From: Octopus vulgaris
Taxonomy: Eukaryota
DNA length: 64,000 bases
Direction: 5' to 3'
Assembly: GCA_951406725.2 (NCBI GenBank)
Contig: OX597814.1
Coordinates: 88,474,001-88,538,000, forward strand
Below, piece after piece: positions 29,264-42,625 of this stretch. The position numbers were made by a program, and so were the translations under genes. The first letter of the stretch is position 1, and each line of letters begins with the position of its first letter. The notes below the pieces were generated by a model. It made no database searches. It was not told the DNA's origin and was given only the letters and a program-made list of their open reading frames with translations.

Positions 29264-29669
29264 TAATCAAAGCCGGGTGGATTCGTTATTTTTCCTCCTT
29301 ACCTGCGTGGGTTGTTGAATATTGTTGTCTGGGAGATTTTCTTTTGGTAGAGAAATAGCTAGTTTTAACTGCTATTTCTAAATTTCAGTATGTGGTGAAG
29401 TAAATTTTTTGCTGAACCCTAATGATAATTATACTCATAATTATAAAAAAAATTTGTTTAGGTTTACCGATAATGGTTCTTTTAACACACCGAACTACTT
29501 GGTAAAATTATTTATTATTAATTAATTAATTAATTTTACACTTTATTATTATTTGATAATATAATTCTCTCCCTGACAGTAAACTACAGTTTTTTTCTGT
29601 TGAATTTTACTCATTAGCACACGTGGGTAAGTGAGGAGAAGTACGAGATCTCATTCGTCTGTTTTGAAT

Positions 29670-29692
<23 letters not shown>
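29179..29692 (+). mobile_element. Circularly permuted relative of the 7672-8683 hammerhead unit
   Basis: Shared blocks 'gtggattcgttattt', 'tgtctgggagat', 'ctatttctaaatt', 'accgaactacttggtaaaattatt', 'ctccctga' and 'cgtgggta..tgagga', starting at a different point. Confidence 0.7.
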
Positions 29693-29724
<32 letters not shown>

Positions 29725-30869
29725 ATACATATACGTACATATATATATACACACACACACATGTATATATATACATTTATATACATATACACTCATTTCA
29801 AGAACATCTCTGAAGCCAAGTTTTCTTTTACAAAACCAAGATTTTCTCTAACTTCCTTTCACCTCATCACCCGCTCCCCCCCTCTCTCTCTCTCTCTTCC
29901 TTCAATATAAATCAGAAGAAGCTTAGTGATATTTCCTTGGAGACTCAAATATGATCTCTCTTTGTATGTATGTATGTATGTATGTATGTATGTATGTATG
30001 TGTGTGTCTGTGTATGTATGTGTGCGCGTGTTTTTATGTATGTCAGTCTGTCTGGGTATTGACTAAGATAACAGATGTCTGTTCAACGTAGAATTCCATA
30101 AATAGATCATACCGGGACAAGTATGTATATTATTAATACAAAATCAGTCTAACATTTATTTATATTTTCTAAAACAATTGGACATTGATCTGTCTCTAGA
30201 CTTGTTTCAGTTTTAATTGTTTTTCTCCTTCTTTTAGTTTTCAGAGCGCAGTCTTAGTTTCACACACGCAAAAATTTATTTTAATAATATTTGCCGAACA
30301 AGCCTTTTTTTTTTTTTTTACCTGTTTTTATTACTAGAATTAACAGCGCGCTGTTTACCTCGTAAGTTTTATATTATTGACAAGTTTTTCGTAGATTTGC
30401 AAAGTCAAATTTAAGTTGTTGCTAGGAGCATGACTTGCAGATAACTAAACGCGGTGAGCCTTAAGACTCACAATCCACAGGCACCTAAAAAAATGTCTGA
30501 AAACACACAAATATCTTCTAATCTTTTTACTTTTTTCAGTTATTGACCAGCGGCCATGTTGGAGCACCACCTCGAAGTGTTTTAATCGAACAGATCAACT
30601 CTCCCCTTCCCACCAGAACTAATCTTTTTAAAAGTTTTGAATTTATTCTACTGATATCTTTTGTTAAACCGTTATATTGTTGGAATGTAAACAAACCAAC
30701 ATTGGTTGCGGGAAACTTGTAAAGTCACGGATACTGTCTGGCCATATACTTTTCCAAATACTATTCAAAATTGAAAGTTTCACTTCATCTCATGATTCAG
30801 CATCCATTATGTTGACTGTTTTCCAGGAACCTCTGACTGTAGGTTTATCCTTCCTGTCAATTTCCTTAA

Positions 30870-31900
30870 TAAGTTGTTTGAAAGTTCTCATATAATGTCT
30901 TTAAGTTGGCTATCATACCTTGATCTATTGGCTGCAACAAAGAAGTTGTATCCTGCAGGCTATATTTTACTCTCACATTATCAGAAAGGTCTTCTAAGTT
31001 CGCATGGTGGCTCCGTGTATTGTCTAAAAGAAGGAATGCTTTGTTGAAAATATTGTGACTCTTTTCATCAGCGCAATTTTTGCAAGCTTTAAATCCTGGT
31101 GTTGATTTTTCTTCTCGAGAAATGAAAGTTGTAGAAGGCGTGCACTTCCAGAAAAGTGCAGTTTCGTCAATATTGTATACTTGTTCTGGTGTGTAATCCC
31201 TTTCAGCAATCATTTTCTTCAAATGCTCAGGATAATTAGTAGCCGCCCTCTGTATTAGCACTCGCAGTTTTATCAATCATTTTTGTGTTGTGCAAATTCA
31301 TGTGCATCTTAAACCTTTCAAACCAGACTTTGCCAGCCAAAATGGGTCCTTCATATGAAGTTTCACCTTCCTTTTTCCATCATGTTTATCAACACATTAC
31401 GCCGATTCCAACACTTGATCCATACACTCAAAAGCTGTTCCATTTTAAGCATTGTATTAGATCTATGGATGGCGGCGAGCTGGCAGAAACGTTAGCACGT
31501 CGGGCGAAATGCGTAGCCGTATTTCGTCTGCCGTTACGTTCTGAGTTCAAATTCCGCCGAGGTCGACTTTGCCTTTCATCCTTTCGGGGTCGATAAATTA
31601 AGTACCAGTTACGCACTGGAGTCGATATAATCGACTTAATCCGTTTGTCTGTCCTCGTATGTCCCGTCTGTGTCTAGCCCCTTGTGGGTAGTAAAGAAAT
31701 ATATATTAGATCTATGGAAGTACCTTCTTGAGCACTTGATATAATTTTTTCTCTGTTTCAGATATTGTTTCCACATTACACACTGTAAGAGTTAATGTTC
31801 TGGCAATATACCTTAGTTTTACATCCGCATCGAGTATTTTTAAAACATCGAGTTCAATATCCAATGTAATCCATTTACGGTTCCTTTTTGCACTACAGCC
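30870..31900 (-). mobile_element. Tigger/pogo transposase remnant split by a SINE
   Basis: CENP-B-type N-terminus 'KRNRKWITLDIELDVLK', 'YTPEQVYNIDETALFWK', 'LLLDN' and 'TTSLLQPIDQGMI'. Confidence 0.88.
31470..31703 (+). mobile_element. Full-length SINE family A with 15-bp TSD
   Basis: TSD tattagatctatgga at 31455-31469 and 31704-31718. Confidence 0.93.
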
Positions 31901-32149
31901 TTTAAGTCTACTTGAAAGCTTCTTTGCTGATGTCTTAAATTGAGAGCAAATCCAGCAGTAGCGACAATTAGTTATCCTCGACAAAAATGTATTTTAAAAA
32001 ATTGGTCTAGTAAAGATCTGATTTCTGAGAGAGGAAGATTGTTTTATTCCTATTCATGCAATAACGAAAATGAGATGAAAAAGTGAAGGACTGGGGATGA
32101 GAAAGTACTATATGGTTACAGTTAGCTAAATGTTTGCCATATTTTATAG

Positions 32150-32362
32150 GCAATTCGCTGGCGGAATCGTTGGTGTGCCGAGCAAAGCGCTTAGTGGCAT
32201 TTTGTCTGTCTTTACGTTCTGAGTCCAAATTCCGAGAGGTCGACTTTGCTTTTTATCCTTTCGGGGTCAATAAAATAAATTTCAGTTGAGTACTGGGTCG
32301 ATGTGATCGATTTACTCACCTGCCGAAATTGCTGGCCTTGTTCCAAAATTGGAAACCAATAT
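32150..32362 (+). mobile_element. SINE family A, diverged
   Basis: 'gaggtcgactttgctttttatcctttcggggtc'. Confidence 0.8.
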
Positions 32363-33039
32363 ATTTATTTAACCAATAAAGTTAAATAATTTAAATTTAG
32401 TGTTTAACCTTCTTTTTAGTTTACTTGAATAATTAACCGGAAAATGTGAAGTATATATAATATTATATCATATTTGAAGCTCAAATTTAACATTTAAGAG
32501 CTGATAGTAGAAAAGATAAAGAAGGCAACGTTTTGAAGAGCAACGTCAAAAAGTAGCAACACTTGACAGATGTTTTATACTCCAGCAACTGATAACAATC
32601 CACAAACCCATGGCAATCAGCAAAATCCAAAACAACGGCAAGCTAAAATCTCTATTTATAAGACTGCTGTTGAAAAAAACACCGGAAATGAATAGATATG
32701 AGCAGGACAGCGCCAAAGTCTTCAGCTGAAACAACAAAATTTATGGAACTCAATGATCTTGGTTAATGGGGTGTCTCAATCAAGATCGAACTCTCATGTT
32801 GGATATTTAGGGATGGCCAATTTGAAAACTAGTGTCATCAAAAATCAATGATAGATATTATTCATATTATTCAAAAGACTTTTTTGATTCCAGAAAAATT
32901 AATGAGGAAATAAGCCATCAGGCATGGCTAGTGTTCTCTCTAACAACTGCCTGTGTTTATTGCTTTATCAAAAAAATTTCAACATCAGCTGCAACGATAG
33001 CTTCCGGTAGATTTTCAAACTAGTAAAATGTCACGCAAT

Positions 33040-33328
33040 TCAAAGTTATGGAAAATTTGAAGAGCACAGAACGGTCTTGCGGACAAACTTGACAAGAAAG
33101 CATGGTTCAGCAGTAGATTTAAGACAAACAGAATAAATTGTCCTTGTGTGTGTTGTCGCAGTAATACGGAATCTAACAGAACATGGCCTACGTGTTAGGG
33201 GGTGGGAATGAAACTTTTGGATCATAAAATAATGGCAACAACCTTGGCTTGTCAGAATGAATTCTTCCAACTACATAAAACAATATGGAAACACATGTGT
33301 TGGTCTCCTTCATATTTGTCTCAGTTAA
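33040..33328 (+). mobile_element. hAT transposase remnant (ZMYM1-like type), 5' part
   Basis: 'VVAVIRNLTEHGLRVRG', 'NNGNNLGL', 'KQYGN' and 'SYLS' across frameshifts. Confidence 0.65.
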
Positions 33329-35141
33329 CCTATTTGTTCCGAGGATAACTTTATTTCTGATTTTGCTGAAACTTTGTTTACGGGTTAGCTTAAACACCAG
33401 TTATATAGATTTGAAGCCAGCAATATAATATTCAAAATACATTCTTAAACAAACCCAGGTGCCATATGGCACCGCTAGGATAATAAGAGTACAAAAAAAC
33501 TGTGGTAATTTCTTCCTTTTTATTCAGTAAATAACAAAAATAAAAAGAAAAGGCAATACGATAATTTTATGGTAATTCTTATTGAAAAAATGCTCTTTTA
33601 TCATATATTCCATGTATTATGAGAGTTAGTCACGACAGTAACATATTTTTTTATGATAATCTGCAAAACACAAGATACATAAACCCACATCGCATTTTTC
33701 ACATTCAGCTCGTGTTGTGATTTACAAAATTCTCCCTGACATTTGCGTGCTTATTCCCAGCTACTGGTCGCACATAGTGTTCAGAACCATCGTATCGTAT
33801 ATCAGAATCACCTGGACATGACTTACACTTTTTTATCGGAACATTTTGGCTAAACCTGAAATCTTCGCAAGTATGACATGGCAACTGCTCTTCTGAAGTC
33901 CATATGCTCTAATGCAGACCCTTTTCTCGTGCTAAAATCCAAGCATTTTGAATGGAGACATCTACAGACCAAGTCAAATGATTCCACCACCATTTTTTTC
34001 TTACGTATACCAATGCGATATAAGTTGATGTTTTGGTTCATCTGATCGGTTTCTCCCATATTCTTATTGTTATTATAAATCAGGATTTGGTACCTCTATG
34101 TGTTTTGACTTCTCCTTAGACTAGCGCTTGACTCTGTTAATAGGGTTCTTCTCATGAATGGTGGATCCCACTGTCACAATAGTATTATCCTTCCATCTGG
34201 TGATTTTTATACCATTGGATTCCAGGACTCCGGTGACAGTCTCTGAAGGGCCTTGTTCTTTTTTTTATCAAAACAGCGCACAGAAGAAATAGGACACGAA
34301 GCTCATAATCTGTTTGCTCTCAATATACCAGTACCATTGTATCCCCAAGTTTTGAGTTGATTTAGAAGTAGCACAAGTTATCAAAATATACATGATAAGG
34401 AAGGTGTTTTTCTCATCACTATAACAATCCAGTAAATGAAGTACTGTTGATAAACACTTCACATAAGTCGATTCTAATTCTGCATTTCCAAATGTGGATC
34501 TTCCGTCGATAGGGATCAAAGGCTATTAGATATCCTGAAGACGAATTTTGACACCAGATTTTGTATCCAAATCTTATAGATTTATTGCGGATAGATTGCT
34601 TGCAGCTATACTTGCCAAAATATTCCACCATTGTTTCATCATGTGAAATATTCGGTGCTGGAACAAAATGTTCCATAAATATCTTTTGTAAATGAGATAT
34701 GAGCGGTTGCAGTTTTGCAAATTTATCACTTTCATTGATATCATGGAAATGAAGACAACGCATTATAGCATCAAACCGGTCGCGTCCATTAGCATTACTG
34801 ACAGCTTCATTGGATGTATCCGACGTATGTGGCCAATACATATAGCGACGAGGTAATTGATTATATCCTGAAACTATGAGAATTGCAAGGAACACTTTGA
34901 ATTCATTCTAGGATATATTTATATCAGTCCAGCTCTTTTTCAAGCAGTATTTTGTTATTTCTTTCATTGAGTGCTTAACCATATCATTGTCATAGAATAG
35001 CTCGAATAATTCCACTTCACTAAAATCCTTGTATTTTGAATAGTTACACTCAGGAAAAATGGAAGGCATCACCTATGTTTCTGCCTTTTTCCAAGTAATT
35101 TGGCATTTTTTCTTTTGTTTCCCGCCTCTGAAGCCTTCCCA

Positions 35142-35237
35142 GTTACAGCAGAAGTTTCTTTCTGTGTCACTTCGTTACAGCAGAAGTTTCTTTCTGTGTC
35201 ACTTCGTTACAGCAGAAGTTTCTTTCTGTGTCACTTC
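35142..35237. repeat. Three perfect tandem copies of a 32-bp unit inside the piggyBac 5' coding region
   Basis: gttacagcagaagtttctttctgtgtcacttc repeated three times. Confidence 0.95.
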
Positions 35238-35499
35238 GTTGTTCTTTGTTTTCGTACTTCGTGATTGCAATTCTGCTGGGGCGCGAAGTTGGTTGCCTGA
35301 GAAATGATGAGTGTGTTCAACGGTGTCAGCTTCGACTTCTTTTCCCGAATCTTCATTTGTCTGGTCAGTTACCTCCGGGGGTGGGTTGGAGGGGGGTCAA
35401 TGAAAATATCATATGGGCCGTCATCTTCCTCTTCAAGAATACTCAAAATTTCAATCAATGTCGGTTCACGTTTCCTGAAAAAATATACAATAGTGAAAA

Positions 35500-35752
35500 A
35501 CTAGAAACTTTAGCACTCGAAAAGTGCAGATCTCTGCCAAGCAGCATGTCCCTCTCCCATCCCCATAGTTTGGTTTACATTGGATCACCTCCAAAATCTA
35601 ATCATGTGTTCCTTGTCCTATTTTGAACATTTCCTGAAAATTTCATCAAAATTCATCCATAATTTTTAGAGTTATGTTGCCAACAAACACACAGACAGAC
35701 AGTCAGTCAAACCAACACCGACAAAAACATAACATCCTTGGCAGTGGTAATA
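35500..35752. mobile_element. Short Helentron/HINE-like insertion nested in the piggyBac
   Basis: Subterminal inverted motif ctgccaag / cttggcag, a (CAGA)n tract and the end 'aacataacatccttggcagtggtaa'. Confidence 0.5.
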
Positions 35753-36229
35753 ACACGTATAGTAAGAGAAAACTATGCTTCCATTGTTGAAAGTCCATGT
35801 TCCTAGGAAAGAAGCCAAACATATTGCATATAACAGATGTTGTACTGCGTATTTCCTAGCGGTGCCATATGGCACCTTAAAATAATTCAACAAAACAAAC
35901 GTCACTGCAATAGATCTTATGGATTATTTCCATTTGTTCCTATCTCTAACGAAGTATTTAGATATTATTCTAATAAAATACAAGATATTTTGACCATATT
36001 CCTGAATGAACAAACAAATAGTAACTCATTTGTTTAGAGAAGTCATCTCCACAGAGGATGCTTTTCACATGAGCTTACAAACACACGTGCTCACTCTCCC
36101 CAGGTCGCACAGCTTCTAAACTGTTGCATCATACATGTTTCATGGAAATTACTGTTCTTATCGTTGTTATAAAGTGGTTTTTATACCCAATGTTTGCTGT
36201 GCCGTACGGCACCGATAGGATTAAATGGG

Positions 36230-36690
36230 TTAACATAAAATGAAATTATTCAGCCTCTGAATAGTGAGTAGTAAGCCTCTTACTCTATTATTACTCTACT
36301 TGAGTAAGGGAATCAATTTTAGATGATTTGAGAAAGCCGGTTACTTCAGTGTGTTTGTGAACTCTACACTTGATCTTTACTATGTGGATCAATTAACTGT
36401 TATAGTAAGATACATAGCACCTGGTAATTATTTACGTGTTGAACGCGTTCCAACTTTTCTATAGTTGGAAGATCTCAGTGGTAAAAGTATGGAAGTTATA
36501 GTAGTTATAGTTGTAATTATAAGGAAGTTAAAGTGAAGTTTGCAATGCTGATTTCAATAATGATATCATATGATAATGCAAACAATATGGTTAGTAAATA
36601 GAAGGGAATGCAATAAAATGTTTTAGAGACAAACAAGCGACCTATGTATATTCCGTGTGCAGAACATATAAGAAATCTTGTTGGCAGTAA
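36230..36690 (+). mobile_element. hAT transposase remnant, continuation after the piggyBac
   Basis: 'NEIIQ', 'AGYFSVFVNSTLDLYYVDQLTVIVRYI', 'SYDNANNM' and 'YIPCAEHIRNLVG'. Confidence 0.8.
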
Positions 36691-38460
36691 ATAAAATGCA
36701 GTAAATATGTTTTCACAGAAATATAATGTTCTGACATTGTACTTGTTTATCTTTTGTTATCAGTTTACAAGTTTAAGTTCAATAAAATTATATACCGTTA
36801 GATAAGCCAGCCAGAAGTGTTCCTAAGATTCAGTATATATTCTAACCTCATCTACGCTTCCAGTTATCATTTTTAAAGCAAAGATAACAAGCAAGTTATC
36901 TTTAACAGCATGGTCACTGGTTTTATGGAATCTAAGAAAATTGTTCGACTACGAAACCTAAATGAAACAAAACTTTAAAAACTGGAATTTTAACAGTAAA
37001 CCTTTAGTGGCTCGCGATGTTCGTTTAGATAAGGCATTGCCCTCAAACTTTATGTATCTTATCATTAGTTCGTGGGAAAACAATAAACCTTATCTATTCT
37101 ACTTAGCTTAGTGGATCTTGTAACGTAATATTGTAAGGTGTGGTAGTGGTTAGATGATGGTTGCAATGGGATTATAACTAAGGTGAAAAAATATCGTATA
37201 ATACATAATATAGCGCTTTCCACCGGAGTCGATAAAATAGATATCAGTTGAGCATGAGGGTCGATGTAATCGACTTAACCACCTCCCCACAAACTGCTAG
37301 CCTTGTGCCAAAATTTGAAATCAATATATGATATAACGCTTGGATAGTTGATGTAGGGAGCTGATAGTGGAAGTAGCAGTGCGAAAATTGTTGTAGTGGT
37401 TTTCAAGCGGTGGTAATGGTAGCGTAGTAGCAAATGAAGAGCTAACGAATGACAAAGAAGGCTGCTGATTTTACTTGAAACAACGGCTAAATCTCCTCCA
37501 AATTACACTCTACTCTGTTAAAAGGGAAGGGGATATTGGATAAAGTGGTCCTTGATATAATAAGTTGGAAAATAAACGGGATGGTCACGGTTAGAATACT
37601 CTTGAACGTATTCAATCAGGGCTAACCTGGAACTAAATAATAATAGTCATATCCGACAACAAAATAAGTAAATATAAAATCGAACGAAAGAATGATTTAG
37701 TGATAGAAGGCCGAACGAACCTGAAACAGATATCAGGCAATGAAGTCTATTGCTCACAGAAGAATAATGAAGATTCATTTGATCTCACGTAAGACCAATT
37801 TTTGTGGAATAGAAGTATAGTCTATGGAATAGTTTCCTCTATCGCATATGGTTATTACTTACATTACTGACCCCAATTGATCTCGAACGGATGCAAAGCA
37901 AAGTCGTTCCCGACAAGATTTGAATGCCGAACGCAGGGAGGTAGATAGATAGATAGATAGATAGATAGAGAGTGAAAGAGAAAGAGAGACAGACAGACAG
38001 ACAGACAGAGAGAGGGGTAGTGGGTGGGGAGAAAGAGGGGAGAGAGAGGGGTAGGTGGAGAGAGAGATAGGGGAAGTGGAGAGTGAGAGAGAGAGATGAT
38101 TTAAAGCCCACGAAAAAGAGAAACAGAAACAGCAAAATCAAAATGAGTTCTCGATCCTAAAACAAATCATAGAGTTCCATAAGCAATACCACACTCAATC
38201 CAGAGATTGTCATGTTGTGTAAAGTTTTTGTTGCTGTTCCAAAGGTCGCTACAAGCTTCACCTTCTTAAAAGAGTTATAGACAAAATGATTTGTTTCGCT
38301 CGTTGTTTTATACATTCTCGTGTAGGGCTGCTTTGTTTCACATAAGAGTGTTCCTAAATAGACCCTTTTTCGAGAAAATTGACCAAACCCAAAGCCGCTA
38401 TCAGGTTTGTCACGTGAACACAACACATTCCATCTGTAATGTTATTTTATTATTTAAACA

Positions 38461-38859
38461 CTAGCGGTATCGCTCGGCGTTGCTCGGGTTTGTAAGGGAA
38501 ATAACTATATAAGCATTTTTAGAGATGTAAAGTATAATAGCCATCTCAATATGGCTAACCACAAAGGGGGGTGTTACTGTAGCTTTTTACGTTCTGAGAT
38601 TTAATAATACATTTTTAGAGAGTTACTGCCCTTATATATATATGCCAAGAATGCATTAAAAATGTGAAAAAATGATGGTAAATTTTTTTTTAAATCGTAG
38701 ACTCATCGTAGACGCAGGCTAATACCCAGAAGAGCTCGATATGAATCACGACTATAAGATACCCGCTTTTGGTTAAACTGCACTGCAAAATGTGGGAGTA
38801 GTTAGGAATCTAAATCGTAGGAGACAGACAGCACACAACCTCACTTTTATATATATAGA
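38461..38859 (-). mobile_element. Non-autonomous Helitron, second copy of 8185-8582
   Basis: Highly similar reverse complement of 8185-8582, with TC and CTAG ends and an A|T target. Confidence 0.92.
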
Positions 38860-39299
38860 TATGTGTACGTGTATTACAATTGACAAAAGAAATACTGCCG
38901 TTATTTAAACTAAGTGTACTTTCAATGGAATGATCATCAATATTCTTTTTCTTTTTTCACTGTTGTGCTATTGTAAATAATGTCTTTTGTTTTGTTCTTT
39001 ATGCGCTGTGTGTGTGATGTGATAGTCTTGCCTCGGCAAGTTTTTCTTCGGAAGGTTGTGGTTCAGTCATTTTGTAGCCATATAAATAATACAAAATAAA
39101 AAAAAGCTTAAAAATCAACAACAAATTAATAATTTTTCTGTCATTTTTGTATGTGTAAATTCCAAGCTTTCCAAAGATATCCCTATGCACGTTTAAAAGT
39201 AAGAGCAAAATCTCTATTTCATGTAGTAATTATCCTTTCTTCTAAGAGCGACTTCACAAAACGACATAAGGTTAGGTCAATTGTGAATAAATAATGATA

Positions 39300-39900
39300 A
39301 TGGTTTCAAATTTGGACACAAGGCCAGCAATATTAAGGGAATAAGACGATTACATCTACCATAGTACTTGACAAATACTTTGTTTTATCGACCCCGAAAG
39401 GGATAAAAGCAAAGTCAACCTCGATGGGATTTGAACACAGAACATAAAGAACAAAAAAAATTGCTGCTAGGCATTTTTGTCCGACGCGCTAATGATTCTG
39501 CCAGATCGCCGCCCTAATAATAATAATAAGCTTTCCACTACAGGAAAGGGGCTAGTCAGTTAAATGAACCCCAGTGTTCAGCTGGTGCTTATTTTATCGA
39601 CCCCGAAAGGATGAGAGGCGAAGTCGACCTCAGAAGAATTTGAACTCAGAATGCAAACCCAGAAGAACGCATTTTGTCTGGCGTGCTAACGACTCTGCCA
39701 GCTTGCCGCCTTTTTATAATAATCTCTTCTACTACAGGCACACGGAGTGAAATTTGGGGGTGGGGGCTAGTTGATTACATCTATCGCAGTGCTCAAAACT
39801 GATATTTATTTCATCGACTCCGAAAGGATGAAAGGCAAATATGACCATGGTGGAACTTGAACTCAGAACGCAAAGTCGGAAGAAATGCCGTTAAGCAATG
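39300..39900 (-). mobile_element. Three head-to-tail diverged SINE family A copies
   Basis: 'tcgac.ccgaaagg' occurs at about 39388, 39597 and 39814. Confidence 0.82.
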
Positions 39901-39959
39901 TGTCGGCTTTGATCATTTCTGATATTTTCAACAACAGAAATAACTAACAAAGCATAGGC

Positions 39960-40865
39960 GTGTATCCATGCTCAGTCATACTTACATTTCTTTTCATCAT
40001 TGTTGTTGATTATGTGCTACGTATGTCAGTTGATACCATCTCTGGCAAGGGCTTTGAAATAAAACCAAGAAGAAGTTCCAGACACCCAGCTGAGTACTTG
40101 ACAGACACTGACTTTGCTGACGACATCGCTCTTATCAGTGATTCTCTCTCCAATGCCCAGTCTCTTTTACAATCTCTTGAACAAGCCTCAAATTGTGTAG
40201 GTCTTTACCTCAATGAGGCCAAAACTGAATACATAAACAAGTGCCTGTCCAACAGTGATTGCATCATCCATACTCTCAACAGTGCGCCTTTAAATATGGT
40301 TTCTGATTATAAATATCTTAGGTCATACATATCATCATCTGGAAAAGACTTTCTAACTAGAAAGGGTATGGCCTGGTCAGCCTGTAATGACATGCATAAG
40401 ATCTGGTCATCAAATCTAAGTAGAGACTTCAAACTTGAAATATTCAAAGCCACAGTCGAACCAATTCTACTATATGGCTCAGAAACCTGGACGTTATCAA
40501 AGAAGCTTGAGAGGCGGTTGGATGGAACCTACACTCGCCTCCTTATGAGAGCTCAAAATCTCTCGTGGAAGCGCCATCCAACCAAAATGCAAATATATGG
40601 GAAATTACCACCTGTGTCATCTCTTGTGAAAGGTAGGAGAGTCCAGTTTGCTGGACATTGTTGTAGAGCTGAAAAAAAAGTAATTTCTACTCTTCTCCTC
40701 TGGAAGCCATCTACTCGCAATACCAGAGGGGGCACACTCTCCTACCCTGATGTAATCTCCAGGGATACAGGCATCCAGCAACAGGACCTCCGTAATGCTA
40801 TGATGGACCGTGAAGTCTGGCGTAACATAGTAAATTCCATTGTCTCGACCACAGTCGAACAATGA
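39960..40865 (+). CDS. Uninterrupted 3' ORF fragment (301 aa) of an RTE-clade LINE reverse transcriptase, 5' truncated
   Basis: 'FLFIIVVDYVLR', 'DTDFADDIAL', 'GLYLNEAKTE', 'YKYL' and 'PILLYGSETWTL'. The stop runs into a (TGA)n tail. The GTG start is probably an artefact. Confidence 0.9.
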   Translation: MYPCSVILTFLFIIVVDYVLRMSVDTISGKGFEIKPRRSSRHPAEYLTDTDFADDIALISDSLSNAQSLLQSLEQASNCVGLYLNEAKTEYINKCLSNSDCIIHTLNSAPLNMVSDYKYLRSYISSSGKDFLTRKGMAWSACNDMHKIWSSNLSRDFKLEIFKATVEPILLYGSETWTLSKKLERRLDGTYTRLLMRAQNLSWKRHPTKMQIYGKLPPVSSLVKGRRVQFAGHCCRAEKKVISTLLLWKPSTRNTRGGTLSYPDVISRDTGIQQQDLRNAMMDREVWRNIVNSIVSTTVEQ

Positions 40866-40918
40866 TGATGATGATACTTACATAGACTAGCGTGCGCGCA
40901 CATGTGCTTGCACACACA

Positions 40919-40977
<59 letters not shown>

Positions 40978-42049
40978 ACACACACACCATAGATGCTGCT
41001 GATGGCCACACCTGTTCAACAAATAATAAAAGCTATTCGACAGGTCAATGATCCGAATATACTAAGCAATTCCGTTGAAGACGATTTTATTGTACTCCCT
41101 TCCATCTCTTTGACATATCTGTAACAGCACAGTTTATCTTAAACAAGTAATATCCCCTGGTGGCATTGCTGTAGAGAGGTCTTTTTGAAAATATCCATTA
41201 ATTCTCTAAAAATGAAAGTGTTCCAAAAAAGTTTCGTCCGTAAACTTTCATCGAAATTAGCAGTATCTTTCCGGATATCAACTCTCAAACTATCCACTAA
41301 CCCTGCTAACAATACAAGAGTGAGCCTTTAACTGATGGCATTCTTCAAATAGGTAGAGGGATATAATGCATCTATACTCGATCTATATTTCATGAAAAAC
41401 TATAGCTCAGTCAAAGAGACGAGTTTTATGAAATGCATTTTTGGCAAACGACAATCTCTGCTGCTCATCATCCGTGAATTTCGGAAGATGTCACCTCAGA
41501 GCATGAACTCATGTTCGTATATCATGAGCAATGGTATTCCATTTGTTCAGATATTTCTTGGAGAAAAGTACGCCAGACAAGCAGAAACATACCACCAGAC
41601 GTTGTAAGCAGTCTCTCGATCTTTTTGCGCAATCTTCTAACTCATGTCAACTTCCGTTACACTGGCTTCATAGATAAAGGGTACAGAAATGAGAGCAGCG
41701 TTAACGAAGTGAAACACGTAATATCAAATGGTTTAGTAATCAGATTTTAAATCGATTGTGTTTTATGACTGCAAGAGAAAGATTGTTGTTGCTATTGTTT
41801 AGGTTCAAGCCAATCTTGATCGAGACGAGTTAAGATCAAAAGCATTCTTGCCATGACCATTCTGTTTTTGTATATCACGGTCCTGTCTAGTGTATCCTTC
41901 CCTTTTTAAATACGAAATGGCATAAGGGAGATTTGGTTACTCTGTCTTATAGGTAAAGATTTTCTGTGTTAGAAGAGAATAGATTCGAACACTAATTGTC
42001 TCATCTTCCACCGACCTTTAATAAAAATCATTCAAACTAATGAGGGAGT

Positions 42050-42300
42050 CCCTCTGAGGTGGCTTGACCTGCTAGAAATAGCGGCCAAATCTTCCTCATA
42101 TTATATACTAACGTCTTAAATAAGGAAATAACACGTGAAAATATATCCCTATATATCTTTAAGAAGATAGGATCACAGCGGCTTGAGTGCCTTTGATCAT
42201 ATGTCTATTTGATTAGGCTTATCTTGGGCTAAACAACAACAGCAGCTGCAGCATCAGCAACATCAGCAGCAACAAGAACAAGAACAACAACAACAATACC
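42050..42300 (+). mobile_element. SINE 3' region ending in a (CAA/CAG)n tail (family E)
   Basis: 'gacctgctagaaatagcggccaaatc..tgcctttgatcat..gggctaaacaacaac'. Relatives at about 37470-37640, 41785-41960 (minus) and 48340-48550. Confidence 0.6.
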
Positions 42301-42519
42301 AGCGAATACCATTATCCGTTGAAACCTAATCACGAAAATTCTTTCTCTTATCTCTTTATTAAATCAAGATGTGGTAGATAGCTTATCTTCAGTACTAAAA
42401 TGTTCACGTATGAAATTTAGTTTTGAGCCATCACTCCAGTGTTTGACATTGCGCCAAAATTTCATTCGATGGTATTTTTCCCGAACACGTACACCATTAA
42501 GCACAGTCCTTGGTACAGT

Positions 42520-42625
42520 CGTGACCAATCAGTGCTTTTCGTTCAGAGGTGTCTGCGCGTCACTCCCGCCCCAGTCCTCTCACTTTATAAGATGTCTGGT
42601 TTTTCATCGAGTTGCAGAAAGCCGT
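42520..42625 (+). promoter_or_regulatory. Candidate RNA Pol II core promoter
   Basis: CCAAT at 42525 (gaccaatcag), CRE half-site gcgtca at about 42557, GC box cccgcccc at 42565, TATAAGA at 42586 and a CA initiator at 42615-16, 30 bp downstream. Confidence 0.5.

Larger units (their letters stand above)
33329..36229 (-). mobile_element. piggyBac transposon, decayed, with TTAA TSD
   Basis: TTAA at 33325-28 and 36230-33. Ends are cctatttgttcc and ggattaaatggg. The palindrome ggtgccatatggcacc occurs at about 33458 and 35861, with a variant at 36199. Transposase motifs: 'RDRFDAIMRCLHF', 'SHDETMVEYFG', 'KSIRFGYKIW', 'DFRRAVA' and C-terminal 'KCDVGLC'. Confidence 0.9.

Noticed and set aside
31470-31560. 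tRNA-like sequences here and at other SINE heads
   Set aside because: They continue into SINE bodies and tails, some with TSDs, so they are not independent tRNA genes.
35142-35237. 32-bp repeats of CRISPR-like length
   Set aside because: The copies are directly adjacent with no spacers, there are no cas genes and the context is a eukaryotic transposon.
42233-42330. Poly-Q-like CAG/CAA coding stretch
   Set aside because: It is the decayed (CAA)n tail of the adjacent SINE, and a stop follows shortly.
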